Source: Psammoneis japonica
Taxonomy: Eukaryota
Assembly (NCBI GenBank): GCA_008632985.1
Contig: QPGO01000136.1
Coordinates: 62,001 to 126,000, forward strand
DNA: 64,000 nucleotides
Direction: 5' to 3'
The notes under the pieces were generated by a model that ran no database searches, was not told where the DNA came from, and saw nothing but the letters and a program-made list of their open reading frames with translations. Below, in pieces: positions 22,134-34,764 of the stretch. The translations under genes were made by a program, and so were the position numbers. Position 1 is the stretch's first letter. The number at the start of each line of letters is the position of its first letter.

Positions 22134-22662
22134 AGGTGTCCAGTTTAGCTTACTGCACTTTTACTATTCCTGACGGATGCCACAGTAAGCAAGAGTTGGG
22201 TTTCCTTCTTTCATCTCTCGGGAAGCATCCGAATGCCACAGCATTGATAGTCAGTAGTCAACGCTGCAACGAGGAGCATGAACGCTCGTTTGGATGCTTT
22301 TCAAGAGTAGTCCCACATTTCTTTGGCCAAAGTGCAAGATGTTGCAGACACTTCAACCGTACAGAAGATGTGGTTTTTAGTAACTGTATTGTAACATCGG
22401 TTTATTCTGACCCTGTGGTAACATGATTACGCCCCTGAAGGTGTTCGAGTGGACGACTTTGCAGGCAGGAGGAACATTCAATTCAGTCGTTCCGAGTGAG
22501 TGCGGGCTGTCTGCGTGCTGGTATGGGCACATTTGCGTCTCACGATGCTGGGGACCGATGGTCTCGCATCACTGCCGCCCTCGACTTCAAACAACAAAAT
22601 CATTCAAATTCAAAAACCACTGATCAGAATTATCAGTGCATTCTTTGATCAGAGTCTCACAA

Positions 22663-22841
22663 NNNNNNNNNNNNNNNNNNNNNNNNNNNNNNNNNNNNNN
22701 NNNNNNNNNNNNNNNNNNNNNNNNNNNNNNNNNNNNNNNNNNNNNNNNNNNNNNNNNNNNNNNNNNNNNNNNNNNNNNNNNNNNNNNNNNNNNNNNNNNN
22801 NNNNNNNNNNNNNNNNNNNNNNNNNNNNNNNNNNNNNNNNN
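22663..22841. other. Assembly gap (N run)
   Basis: Run of n characters. Confidence 0.99.
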
Positions 22842-24300
22842 NTTTTTCTTTCACACCCTAACTCAACATTTTGGAAGCATTGCAAATCACATCAGGAGCA
22901 GGGCATTTAGCAAGCAACAACTGTGTGCTCCTTGGAGCCAACTTGCCACACCTCTCAAAACAAGACTTTGCTTCCTCACCAGCATGTTTCAGCAGAAAAA
23001 ATGGGCTGGCTCTTTTCTGTGGCTTGCACGGCTCTGCTCCCAAAAACAGCTGCGCTGCTCTTTCTGGCTCTGTGCAGCCTCCAACAGCCTCCTTGTTAAA
23101 AAGGTTTTAACCCCTCTTTAACTCCTCATGAAAAAATGACAACCACTCACCCACAACTGCTGACCCCACCTTTTTTCTCCTCTCCACAAGGGCCCCTTTG
23201 TTTGAGACTCCGTTGTTCTGCCCCCTGCCCTGGAACCTCAAAGACCCTGACAGAGTTGATGCTCACCCTGCACTTGGCACAATCTGAGAAAAAGGCACCC
23301 AGTTGAAGTGGACAGCTGAGGTCACACTTTCCCACCTTGGCCACCACTTGACCAAAGCTTCTGGACAGACAGCAGGAGCATGTGGCCAGCAGCTCTTCCT
23401 CTGCAGCCTCCTGCTGCTCTTTCCTGGTTGTTGTCAGTGGCCCAACCAAGTGATGCAAACTTGGCAAATGCCAGCCATGCACTGCTGCATTTGCACAACC
23501 AACAGGCGGCCAGCTGCAGCTTCGAACCCCCAGAAATGAAAGCCACGCAACTTGCTCAAAACTGCCCCCCCAAGTCAGACCCTGGAAAATGCCATGACAA
23601 AAGCCCATTTGTTGGGTGTGACAGTCTCATCTGCAAGCCCCAGAAGCAAAGAAAAAAACAACATTTTGAAACATTGGCCACTGCGCTGTGCTGAAAACCT
23701 TGCTTGCCCCCCTGACTTTTTTGCCCCACCACCAGCAGCAGCAGTGCATGCCACAAAAAAGCAAGCATTTTGACACAGTCCTGTCAAGAGAAAAAAGGCC
23801 ATGTGTGACACACAGCTGGCAACTCCAGTTGAGCCGGCATCTCCGAGCACCCCCAAGTTCACAAACACAAAAGACAGACGTCACCTGCGTGAGAAAAGAT
23901 TTGCAGCCCATTGGATTTTCTTTAAATCCAACTTCCAAAACTGAAAAAATCTGCCACAACCCTTTGTCACATTGTCCTCAAAATGGTTCTGAATGTGCCT
24001 TTGCAAGCTGGGCCTTGCCTGGCCAGGCTCGAGGTCGCCACACTTTTCTTGCAGTCTCACCCAGCAGGCTGTCACTGCATGCTGCATGCCTTGTCATGTC
24101 ACCCTGACACATGCCCAATTCAAACTTTCCTTGGCCTTTCAGTTGACACTTTGAGAAATGACACTCTTTTCAGCACCGCTGCTCTTTTTCGATTCTGCCA
24201 AACCAGCGAAAAGAAAAGGTTTTAATCTGATGTTGCTGCGGTCACCTGTGACAAAAACAAATGCCAGCAATCATTCTGAATCTGAAAGCCTTGCATCAAA
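22842..24300. other. TpA/CpG-depleted hypermutated block 2
   Basis: Same dinucleotide signature. Surviving TAs are mostly TTAA/TTAG/CTAA. Origin not recognised. Confidence 0.8.
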
Positions 24301-24703
24301 ATGAAGTAAAATCAGTCTCGAACGACAACTCGTCATTCCAATCAAAACGAAAACACCAAAACATGACCAAGAAGCAACAAAGACGCAGTCCGCATACAAG
24401 ATGTTGACGTTTGCGATACCCGCGTCACCCAATGACCATAGATTTATATAAATAATATGTGTTAGTAACGTACAATAGCAGCAGCACAGACATATTTTTA
24501 AGCTGGAGGAAACGTAGGGGCTTATATATTTTTCGTCTTTAATGACCGTTGGCATAATGCTATGCTACATAACCGCGCAAGATGCAAAACTTTTTGACGA
24601 CCAAAAAAACCATCAGCTCTGCCCCTCAGATGATTATTGTTCGTGGTTCTTATTCCTTGTTGTTGTCTCTTTCGACGGTGACGTCGAAGACAGCAACTCT
24701 ACA

Positions 24704-27313
24704 ATGATCTGCTCTCCTAAGCCATGCTTAAGGCTCTTTCTGGTGGCTCTTGCCTTCGTTGTTCTGGTTGAGCGTGCGCAGTCCGCTGGCTTGCACAACT
24801 TCCGACGCAGCATTAGTGACGGTAATGACGATGCTGAAGAGTACCGAACAAATGCTGGTTCAGGTTTGGAAGGTCAGGTGAAACTCACCAACACTAATCT
24901 TGATTTGTGTCGGGAGATAATTCCTGGTCAACTCCACAACCCTCGAAATCTACACGTTGGTTTGCGGTTTACAAACATCACCGTTCCACGAAATGTGAAG
25001 ATAGAATCCGCATCCATCCTGTTCTTGGTTGACACTGAAGCCAGCCTAGAAGAAGAGAAAGAGCTTGGTCTTGATAGAAACATAAGTCTCATAATCACTG
25101 GGGAGTACACAGGAGATGCGGCACCCTTCAGCACGAAGAGGTATGACATATCACGCCGACTAAACCCTGGAACGCCAAACAGAGTAAGTTGGGTTGAAAC
25201 TCAAGCGTGGAAGGGCCAAGTTATCAGGTTTACATCTGATATTAGCCAGGTGATTCAAGATATAGTCAATCGATATGATTGGAGTCCTGGAAACGCACTC
25301 GCACTAATAATATCCGGATCGACCAATGACTCAGGAACACGAATTGCCTACAGCACCGAATCGGGTGAAAACTTGGGCCCCAAGCTTCTACTGAGGTACC
25401 TCGTTTCAGACCCTCCCAGTGAAGAGCACAATGGATGTGTTGATTCAAATGATCCATCCTCTAACGTCGTCTATAACTGTTTATACTACGCTGTGGACGA
25501 CCGATGTGAACGCTTTGGGGAACAAAACAGGGATAAGGGGTGGCCCACGCCAAACGATGTTTGTTGTGCATGCGGGGGAGGAAGGACTGTGCCAGATAAT
25601 ACACCAAGACCAACATTTCAGCCCAGTCCTTCTCCCACATTAGAGCCTACCCAAATCCCGACCAAACATCCAACTTCGTTACCGACAGGGTCACCGACGA
25701 GGACTCCCACATTCTGGCCAACCGTACTTCCCAAGTTAGCGCCATCTCCAAAGACACGTAGCACTTCAGAACTTCATCCCACGCCAAATCCTACCATCCC
25801 ATCTACAACATGCCGGAAATGCTTTCGAAATGGATGCTTTGAAGAAGTGACAGACGCGAACCAGCAAAAATGTACAAAGTTTCTCTGTGCAGAAAGAGTG
25901 ACATGCCCGCAGTATCGGTCCGGGGATGCTTTAAATAACGGAACCCAAGCCTGAGGAATTGAGCCCGCCCCTGCGTGGCACTGGTGAGCTATGCTTGTCC
26001 AATGATGACTGCAAGTCGTCCGTATGCAGAAATGGCGCCTGTTTTGCATCCTCTGCATGCTACCCAATCAAACACGAACGTGGTACATCGTTCGACACCA
26101 ACAAGGTCAATCTCGTATTTGTAGGATCAGCTTTTGATTCAGCTCCACGCAAGGAATGGCGAGCACAAGTCCGAGAAACGTATAGCGCTTTCCAAAACTT
26201 CAGGATGCTCGCGAGCGACGTGGAACAGCTAAACGTGTTTAGGGTGGACCCAGATGAGCTGAGTGGCTCCTTCTGTGACTACAATTGCCAAGGGATTGAA
26301 CGGCTTCTTTGTTGTGATCTAGAGGAAGTCGAGCGCTTATCAAGCCTTTGCTTTCCTCCATCCGGATCCACTCTGCAAACGGTGGTGATACATAACAACA
26401 TGACGTACGGCGGAGCGGGATATACAGGACAAAATGTCGCGGTAACATCTACTCACCCGCAAGGATTTCTTGTAGCAGTGCATGAGCTCGGTCACTCGTT
26501 GTTTGATCTCGAAGATGAATATTCCTATGGAGTGGGGGATGCGGCATCGGCGAACTGTGCAGAGTCAGGCTGTTCCAAGTGGTCTGACCTCATTGAGAAG
26601 CCAGCATTAGGTTACGAACCAGCGCAGTGTGTCAAGGGTTGTAAGAATGGTCAGTATTTTGTTTCGGGCAAAACCTTTATGGATGATCTGAGAAGTCCGG
26701 TAGGTGCAGCAAACACAAGGTACTCCTGTTGTTCATACCTCGCGATTACAAAACACTTCCGAGTTACTGCGATGTGTTCAATGTTGAGCCCGACTATCTG
26801 TACAACTACTGCAAAAGCAACGACTTCCAGAAGTATGGTACATACGACAATGACACAGCCTTGCTTTTGAAATCTAAAGCCGTTCCTTTCAGCACACCTG
26901 AACTTGCGGATCTGTCCAAGTACGTGTTTGTGCAAGACCCGCTGCTCGTGAAGATCAAGCTACGAAGAAATGGCAAATATGCAGTCAGAGGCACCCCGGT
27001 TCCTTTGCCTCCGGGATTGTACCAAAAGAATCGAGTCGAGGGTGACTTTGGCAAGGTCAAAAAAGCTGCAAAGCTGGGTTTTGACTCACTGTTGAAAGTG
27101 AAGGTGATCATGCGAGGTTCAAAAGAATCATTTCTATTTTCACTCAATGTCACAATCGATGTGCCAATGTCTCCGACGAAGGGCAAGAAGAGCAAAGGCG
27201 AAAAACGGCGGGTTTCTCAAAAGTCAAAATTTATTGAGGTGATTGTGGATAGAAAAGGGAGAGATCTGAGGAGAGTTCGCGCCGAAATGATCGGAACAGG
27301 AACAACTAGCTAG
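24704..27313 (+). CDS. Secreted multidomain zinc metallopeptidase (M64/IgA-peptidase-like), frameshifted over three ORFs
   Basis: Signal peptide. Bacterial-type beta-sandwich (S..DDAEE...VGLRF.NITVP). Cys-rich modules and a Pro/Thr stalk. YGGAG...HELGHSLFDLEDEY zincin motif. The three ORFs (24542-25954, 25959-26870, 26729-27313) abut. Confidence 0.72.
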
Positions 27314-27379
27314 AGAGAGAACACAGCATTCCTTTCCAAATCTAGTTTGTAGACTAATAACTATGGTACCTTGTATGCT

Positions 27380-27540
27380 CTTCCTAGAGCTCCTGATCTA
27401 TACTAGTCGTAGACGCGAGAGAGAGTCAGTCTACTCTCTTCTCTACTAGAGTAGAGAGAGGCCTAGAGACTACTCTACTCTACTACTAGTAGCTCTACTC
27501 TCTAGAGTTAGTAGCTACTACTCTTTAGAGAATAGAGTGT
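27380..27540. repeat. Low-complexity CTA/TAG/AGAG tract
   Basis: Repeated ctactctc, ctagag and agtagagag words. Confidence 0.7.
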
Positions 27541-27769
27541 TGATGCTTTGTCACGAGTGTTGTGAGTCACGAGAAAAAAACACGTCAGACGTCAGACGTC
27601 ACGATGCGCGCCGCCAGCGATGATCAAGATTGAACCTTACATACAATTTCCGAATTGTGTTGAATTGTTGAGAAACGATTACGGCAGCTGCAATAAGATT
27701 GCACTGGTACCCGTCCATCTTGTTAGGTTGCAGTCATTTCGATCACTACAATTGAAGAAAAAGTTTGGA

Positions 27770-28986
27770 ATGATGAAACAGCTGTTCCTGCTTGCATTGA
27801 TTCTCAGATGTGCGCCTTTGTTGGCTCTGACTTTCTCGTCCAGACGAGTTCATCGGCCTTTTGGATCGAAACTCGCATCGAATGGACCGTCAGCCGAATG
27901 GATTCTTCGCGCTAGCCGTAACGAAGCAGAAGAATCATTCTCGGGCTCGCCAATTCTCCATCCTTCATCCAAGGGTGACTCGACGATTCAGTTTGACACA
28001 CGTGCCATTGCCAACCCTGTCGTTCTTCCTCCATCATCTCCAGACAATCCGAAATGGCAATGCTACTATTACGGAAATGCCGGATCGTGGTTTAACGGTA
28101 CCAAAAGTTTTCTTCCTACCGGATGGTGTGGACTGGCCGAAAGTGATGATGGTATTACCTGGACAAAGGTTCCTGGAGAGCTTGAGGGTGGTGCATTTTG
28201 GCTCCGTCTGGAAACGACGATGGGACGGCATTCAACTTGGTGTTGGCGATGTTGTGAGAGTCCGAGAAGGCGAATTGCACATGTACTATTTCGGTGGGTC
28301 CAACGAAGAATTGGCAATGGGTCCAATGAACATTGTTGGTTTCCGAATGCGTATCGGACGAGCCAAATCCTTGGACGGAGGCAGAACTTGGGAGAAACTA
28401 GGAGTGTGCTTAGATTACGATGAAGAAGAGGGCCTTTTCGCCTCATGGCCACGAATTATCACACCCAAGGACGAGAATGAACCATGGCGAATGATTTACC
28501 ATTCCTTTGATGGCGAAAAATGGCGCGTTTTTGGGGCAACTAGTACGGACCAGGGTGAAACTTGGACGCGAACGGGTCTCATTCTGGAGGGGGAGAAGAC
28601 GAATACTGCTTTGACTTTTCAGGGATTGGCACACGCGACATCACTCCCTGGAGAGATGGGATGCTCATGATTTACGAAGCTGTTGATAAGACAAGCACTC
28701 ATCGCTTCGGTGCTGCCTTTTGCAAGGACAAGAATGGAGCTGGTAAATGGGAAAAGCTCGAGTCTGGCAAGCCTATCCTTGAACCGGGAAAAGGGCCAAT
28801 GTGCGAGTGGACATCCATGTGATTGGCACACCGTACATTGTCTCCATGCCGGATGGAAGTATACGACTGTACCACTGTGCAAGGAAAGATGCTGAGGAAG
28901 GGATGAAAATAGGAGTTCTTGTCTCAGAGACGGGAGACGTTTCAACAGAGTCTTGGAAACCAGTACAATCACTGATTGACGCTTAA
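27770..28986 (+). CDS. Five-bladed beta-propeller glycosyl-hydrolase-like protein, probably plastid-targeted (frameshifted)
   Basis: Signal peptide plus F. Repeated blades W..YY.G...GLAES.DG.TW, MYYFGG...IGRAKS.DGG.TW and W.MIYH...ATS.D.G.TW, found in successive frames. Confidence 0.7.
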
Positions 28987-29966
28987 TATTGACAGAAGTG
29001 TAAACGTAGACGACAGGTCAAAAATTCACCGTGTCAATCGATTTCTTTTAATACTTGTCAACTTCTACTCTTTATCTTTTGTCTTGCTTTTCTTTTTCTC
29101 GTTCCATGCGTCTTGTTCTTCCTTTGAGAATGTACCGCCGGTTTGTTGTTTATCGTAGAGATTCCATGCAGCCTGTATTTTTAAAAAGAAAGAAAGACAA
29201 CATGAGGATATAAGAAAGGCAGCAAATTTGTCAAATCCCACACCCGTGTGAGTCGCAACTCGTGCCGAGCTTCTGGGGTTAAGGTGTTGTACTCACAACA
29301 ACTCCAAACGCAACCACCCACGCCCCAAGTCTGCCGGTCTGATATAGATCAAAACGGGAAAATCAATAAGCATCCGCGAGCATTGACTTAATATTCAAAG
29401 TGTCGAAAACATTGAGGAGTCACGCTCTTACCCGCCCAAGGCCGCTCGAGAAGGGGTTTTTATTTGCAGAGGGATTCTGTGTCATGATTTTTCTTCGGGC
29501 TCTTTCAGTCTCACAGAACAGGAATCAAGGAAATTTTCTCTAACAACCAGGATATGAGATGAGCGTCTTTGAGGTGTCGATTGATGGGGAGCAGATGGAG
29601 TTCGTCGTATTGGAGGAGTCGTCGTTCTTTGTTCACTCACGCGCCGCCATGGTCGATCTGCGATCTGTGCGCCACAAAAAATCCAAAATCTACGCTCTTG
29701 ATTCATTCGACCGACCTATTGACGGACGGAGAAAGGACGGTCCGTTCAGGTTTGTCCGTCCTTCGTAATGATATATATACAAAACTAAAGATTATATTGT
29801 CGCGCGTCATCAGTACCTCGGCACGTGCATTTGTACGTGATGACGTCACAGGGAAACTGCAAAAATTTGCGCGAAAAGTTGAACACGCAACCGAACACCC
29901 ACCGCAAAATCTTTCTCTGCTCTTTCCTCATTTTCTTTTCGACCATCGAAAACAGCCAAAACAACC

Positions 29967-32438
29967 ATGCTCGCCACCGCCGCAGCCGCCCGCGCCCTGG
30001 CACGCCGCTCCGTTGCTCCTATTGTCGGAGCTCGTTTCATTAACCTTGAAGCATACGAAGACTATGGAAAGAGTGTCTTTGCCGGAAAAGTTGCCGAAGA
30101 ATACCTTCAAAAGCAAGGGGCAAGCGCCGATATTCTTAAGGACCCGACATGGGTCAAAACACACGCCGACACTGTCGCCAAGGCCGTTCTTGAATGGTAC
30201 GTGTATGAAAGCATTAAATTGAGAGTTTGGAGCCGATTGAGCCGACGAGAGGAGTGAAAATCGCATGGAACCGTCATCGCCAACCGTCGGGTTCTGATTG
30301 GATCTTTTGTGTGAAAGTTCCGAAGATTATTTGGGAGGAAATGCACGTATATTTCTACGTGAATAACGTGCATTTAACGGCTGTATCTTTTTGTGTTGTC
30401 GATCGGACTTTTTGATCGGCTTTTTGTTCTTTGAAGTTTGTTCGAGTTGATTTTTAGCTCCCTGGGCTTTCAATAAATTACCGCTAACCTCTACTGCGCT
30501 TCTTGTATTACAGGGGTGTAGACAATGGTGCCAATGTGTATTGCCACTGGTTCCAGCCTATGGCTTCCTCTGGAGTCCGTCACGGTCAGACTGGTCAAGT
30601 GCACAACATTATGCTCAAATTTGACGAAAACGTGATGGAAGTAACTCCTGATTTCAAGGGAAAGAACCTTGTCAAGGGTGAGACTGATGGTTCTTCCTAC
30701 CCCAACGGTGGCCTTCGTGGAACCCATCAAGCGGTGGATACCTTGCTGTCGATACGTCGTCCCCCATCTTTCTCCGTGGTGATACAATTTTGTCCCATCC
30801 GTCTTTGTCTCTTACTATGGACAAGCTCTCGACGAAAAGACCCCACTCTTGCGCGCCAACGCCGCACTCAACAAGGAGGGTTCCCGCCTTCTCAAGCATA
30901 TTGGCTTGACCGTCGGTGATGGTGATATCCGTGCCAACATTGGTCTCGAACAGGAGATCTTTTTGATCCCCCGTGACAAGTATTACGAGCGTCCCGATCT
31001 TCAATTGACGGGACGTACCGTAATTGGTGCCAACGCCCCCCGTGGACAGGAAATGTGTGATCACTACATGGCCCCGCTCTCCTCCGCCACTGACGCCCTT
31101 GCCTGTATGCAGGAAATCCAAGACGAGTGCTGGAAACTTGGTATCCCACTCAAGACCCGCCACCGTGAGGTCGCCCCCAACCAGTTTGAGTTTGCCCCAC
31201 TCTTTGGAGTCAACACCACCCAGATCGACCAGAACCTCATGGTGATGCAAATCATTGAGGAGATTGCTCCCAAGCACGGACTTGCCGCTCTTCTTCAGGA
31301 GAAGCCTTTCAACGACATAACGGTTCCGGAAAGCACAACAACTGGTCGCTTGGTACCAAGGATGGTGTTATGCTCTTTGACCCCGACAGTGTCCATGCTG
31401 CCACCGGACGTGACGATGCGTTCCCCGTCATTATGGCTGCCGTGATTGCCGCCATTGATGAGCACGGTGACTTGATGCGCATGGCCATTTCGTCTCCTGG
31501 AAATGATTTCCGTCTCGGAGCTTGCGAGGCCCCTCCTGCCATTGTGTCGACCTACTTGGGTGACGACATGACTGGTTACTTGGAAGCCTTTGTGAACGGC
31601 AAGGACGCCAAGTACGAGCCCGGTAAGAAGGAGCTCGATCTTGGAGTGTTTGAGGTTGTCCCGTTTGACGTGCCCGCCGAGGATCGCAACCGTACCTCCC
31701 CCTTCCCCTATGGTGGTGCCCGTTTTGAGTTCCGTGCCGTTGGATCATCCCAGAATGTATCCATGGTGAACTGCGTTCTCAACACCATTCTTGCCGAGAA
31801 GTTTGGTGAGTTTGCCGACCGCATCGAGGCTGGAGAGAGCCCGGCTGATGTTGCCCGTGACGCCCTCAAAAAACACTGGAAGGTCATTTTCAACGGAGAC
31901 AACTACTGCGACACCGCCCAGCAGGAACTCACGGACCGAGGTGTCTGGCGTATTGACTCGGGTGTTGATGCTATCCACCGTCTTGTCGACCCCAAGAACG
32001 TTGAGCTCTTTGAGAAGATGGGAGTCCTACCAAGGACGAGTGCGTCGCTCGCCAAATTATCCTTCACGACCACTACACCGGAACCGTCGAGATGGAGGCC
32101 CTCACATTGGTTGACATGCTCAACCAGCAGATCATCCCTGCTGTCAAGGCTGGTGGCGTTGGTCCTCTTGCCGAATTGGAGGCTGCCGTTACTACCCTCA
32201 AGTCCGCCTTGAAGGAAATCCACGACACCGAAGACGGATACGAAAAGGCCAAGCTCGCTCGTGTCCTTCGTCTCGAGACCATGATTGACATTCGTGAAGT
32301 GTGCGATGCTGCGAGGGTGTCGTTCCCGCCGATCTCTGGCCGCTTGCCACTTACAAGGAGCTTCTCTTCCTCGACTCCCACACTCACCCCCCTCGTGACG
32401 GTGAATTTGAGTACGATAGACTTTTCGAGGTTTGCTGA
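29967..32438 (+). CDS. GLNN: Glutamine synthetase type III with mitochondrial-type presequence; intron 30197-30513; several 1-nt frameshifts
   Basis: YCHWFQP, GETDGSSYPNGGLR.TH, GLEQE.F, TRHREVAPNQFE, NDFRLGACEAPPAI, DRNRTSPFPYGG.RFEFRAVGS and YKELLF motifs. GT..AG intron with a gctaac branch site. Confidence 0.95.
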
Positions 32439-32787
32439 TGGTCGGCGCGTTGTCTTTCGTTAGAGGGTTTTTCATAATGTGAATTACAGTAATCAAAACG
32501 ATAAAGTAAACTGCTTGTTGAGTTAACGTGTACTGTATGTGATGCTACAGTTCTCTGCTTTGTGGTCACCCCAAAAACGGGAACTGGGGCAATAGATCAA
32601 TTGAAGATTCGCATTAGATTCATTGGATTTCAATCAGTCTCTGTAAAAGATCGCAGCAGCTGCCGATCGCGAATCGCGAAGACACATTTTTTCGTTAGGA
32701 ATACTTTTACCATGAGCAGACGAGTAGTGTAACAGAAACGGTGGTCACGCGGACTCAGTCATCCAATGGAGCGGTTCTGATGCAGTA

Positions 32788-34668
32788 GTGAACCTGAAGG
32801 ATCTCTGTAAGAACGCTTGGGTTCGGTTTTTCACGTTTGAGCTCCCAGTAATTTCCATGTTGATCTCTATTTTGGTGCTCCTTCAGGGGTCCCTCTTTAT
32901 GCATGATGCCTTCCTTCATCCCTATTTGCAGTCGTTGGAATGGACTGAAGAACGAGCTCTCCAAGAAAGAACATATCCAAGTTTTGACTGTGCGAGTGAC
33001 CCATCGGCAGTGACTCTGGACTCACCAGACGAGCTCTATCTCGCAAAGAACATTAGCCCGGCGGATGCTACAGATTTCGTAATGCAGCATGGAGGTGCGG
33101 TTTTTCCGGATTTGGTTCCCAAAGAATACGCTTCTGAACTCCGAGATTACTTGTTAACATTCGAGTTTCTTTCTGGTGGAAGGCAGCTTCCTCTCATTAC
33201 AAACGAAGATAGATTCAGCAAAGGACTTACAGGGACAGAGCATCCTAGTCTTCCAAAAGTCCTGCACTCTATTTCATCCAACCCTTTGTTACGTGAAACC
33301 CTAGAGCAACTGTTGGGCCGAAATCCTGCTATTCTCGCTCTATCTACCATTATTGCTCAATCTGGCGCAGACCACCAAAACTATCACGTGGACAAACCCC
33401 CCGATGGATCTTCTATGCAATTTGCACGCTCTTTCGTTCCAAATTATGCACTGCTGATTCCATTACAAGACACAACGGGCAGCATGGGAGCCACTGCAAT
33501 TTGTCCGGGAACACATCGATGCAACGAAATGAACCGAAGCTATGCAGACGAACGCGGCTTTCAAGCCATTCCGAATACAACCGGCGTTTGGCCAAGTGGA
33601 CATGGGCTCTTGTATAACCCACAAGTGAGGCATCGGGGAAGTGCACACGTGGGCGAAGAAGTTAGAGTTGTACTGATTGTGACCTTTGCCAGTCGACCTC
33701 GACTAGGGACTCGCCATCATCGAGCTCTTCCCCTCTTGCCGCTCTTTGCCATGCGGAGGGACATGTGGGGCTTTACACTCAACGACATGTTGGATACAAA
33801 CACCTACATGCAGTTCCCGTGGCTGCGATCCTTTGGTATATGGAAACACAAAGAGGCGGATTGGGGCTGGACTATTGTGGAAGATTGGTGTGCCATGTTT
33901 GCGGATCGAGTCTACAGTCGATTGGGAGAAAAGATCTCGTGGCGACTAGCCACCGGTAAATTTTCATGGCTGACAAGCCTATTGTTTCCATTCGAGGAAT
34001 TTGAGAGGTGGAAAGAAACGGACCGAGAAGGTGCTCCTTACGAATGGTTTCTGGTTGAGTATACTCGAAGACTTCGTTGGTTGGCGTTGGCGTTGTTGGT
34101 AGCCACAGGCGCGGGATACTACAGCTTTGTCACAGAAGTGTTAAACATAAGAGGAAGGAGTACCTGGGTGCGTATTGCGGCCACAATTGTTGCAGTATCA
34201 GTGCTCGCGGTTTGTGGTATTGACCAACTGCGCACTTCCTCCAAGTTCTGGTGCGACTCTGATCAATTTCGGAGCGTCTCAAGCTTGCGTCTTCCACTCC
34301 CAGAGAGCAACACAACTCTCATTGAACATCCCACTTTTCAGGACATTCTATTTTCGCCTGCATCATCAGCAGAGGATTGCTCGCTGTTTGCCTTTTCTCG
34401 CATACTTGATTACCATGAAGGCAATCGTCAATGGCATGCCGCGGCATCGAAATATTTGGACGATCTTGCTCATCAACCCATAGATTCAGTAGTGACAAAG
34501 GTAGTAAAGGCTGCGACCAAACAAGACAAGACGAGGCGTTTCTTGAAGCAAGTTTACGGCGGATGGATAGAGATGAATCACACGGAGGCCCTTGAGGCGG
34601 CACGTGGTTTGATATCCAAAAAAGCATCAGCAAACGAGATGAAAAGTTGCAAAGCTCTGCAAATGTAG
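32788..34668 (+). CDS. PhyH-like Fe(II)/2-oxoglutarate dioxygenase membrane protein with C-terminal DUF6824-like domain
   Basis: QNYHVD, IPLQDT...MGAT.ICPGTH and HRG motifs. TM segments. H.GN..W...RFLKQ...W at the C-terminus. Start uncertain. Confidence 0.75.
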   Translation: MNLKDLCKNAWVRFFTFELPVISMLISILVLLQGSLFMHDAFLHPYLQSLEWTEERALQERTYPSFDCASDPSAVTLDSPDELYLAKNISPADATDFVMQHGGAVFPDLVPKEYASELRDYLLTFEFLSGGRQLPLITNEDRFSKGLTGTEHPSLPKVLHSISSNPLLRETLEQLLGRNPAILALSTIIAQSGADHQNYHVDKPPDGSSMQFARSFVPNYALLIPLQDTTGSMGATAICPGTHRCNEMNRSYADERGFQAIPNTTGVWPSGHGLLYNPQVRHRGSAHVGEEVRVVLIVTFASRPRLGTRHHRALPLLPLFAMRRDMWGFTLNDMLDTNTYMQFPWLRSFGIWKHKEADWGWTIVEDWCAMFADRVYSRLGEKISWRLATGKFSWLTSLLFPFEEFERWKETDREGAPYEWFLVEYTRRLRWLALALLVATGAGYYSFVTEVLNIRGRSTWVRIAATIVAVSVLAVCGIDQLRTSSKFWCDSDQFRSVSSLRLPLPESNTTLIEHPTFQDILFSPASSAEDCSLFAFSRILDYHEGNRQWHAAASKYLDDLAHQPIDSVVTKVVKAATKQDKTRRFLKQVYGGWIEMNHTEALEAARGLISKKASANEMKSCKALQM

Positions 34669-34764
34669 TCCACGTCACATTTTCCGCCCAGTATATCCTC
34701 TACCATGACTCAATACATTCACAATCCAATTACGTTGGAGTTTGTTTGACATATGGCTCCCCGT

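Noticed and set aside
22500..23121. ORFs spanning the N run
   Set aside because: Artefacts of the assembly gap.
29967..32438. Programmed frameshifting or pseudogenisation of GSIII and other genes
   Set aside because: 1-nt shifts are scattered over many unrelated conserved genes (GSIII, PPP phosphatase, propeller, peptidase, Sel1) with otherwise intact motifs. Unpolished long-read indel errors are the simplest explanation.
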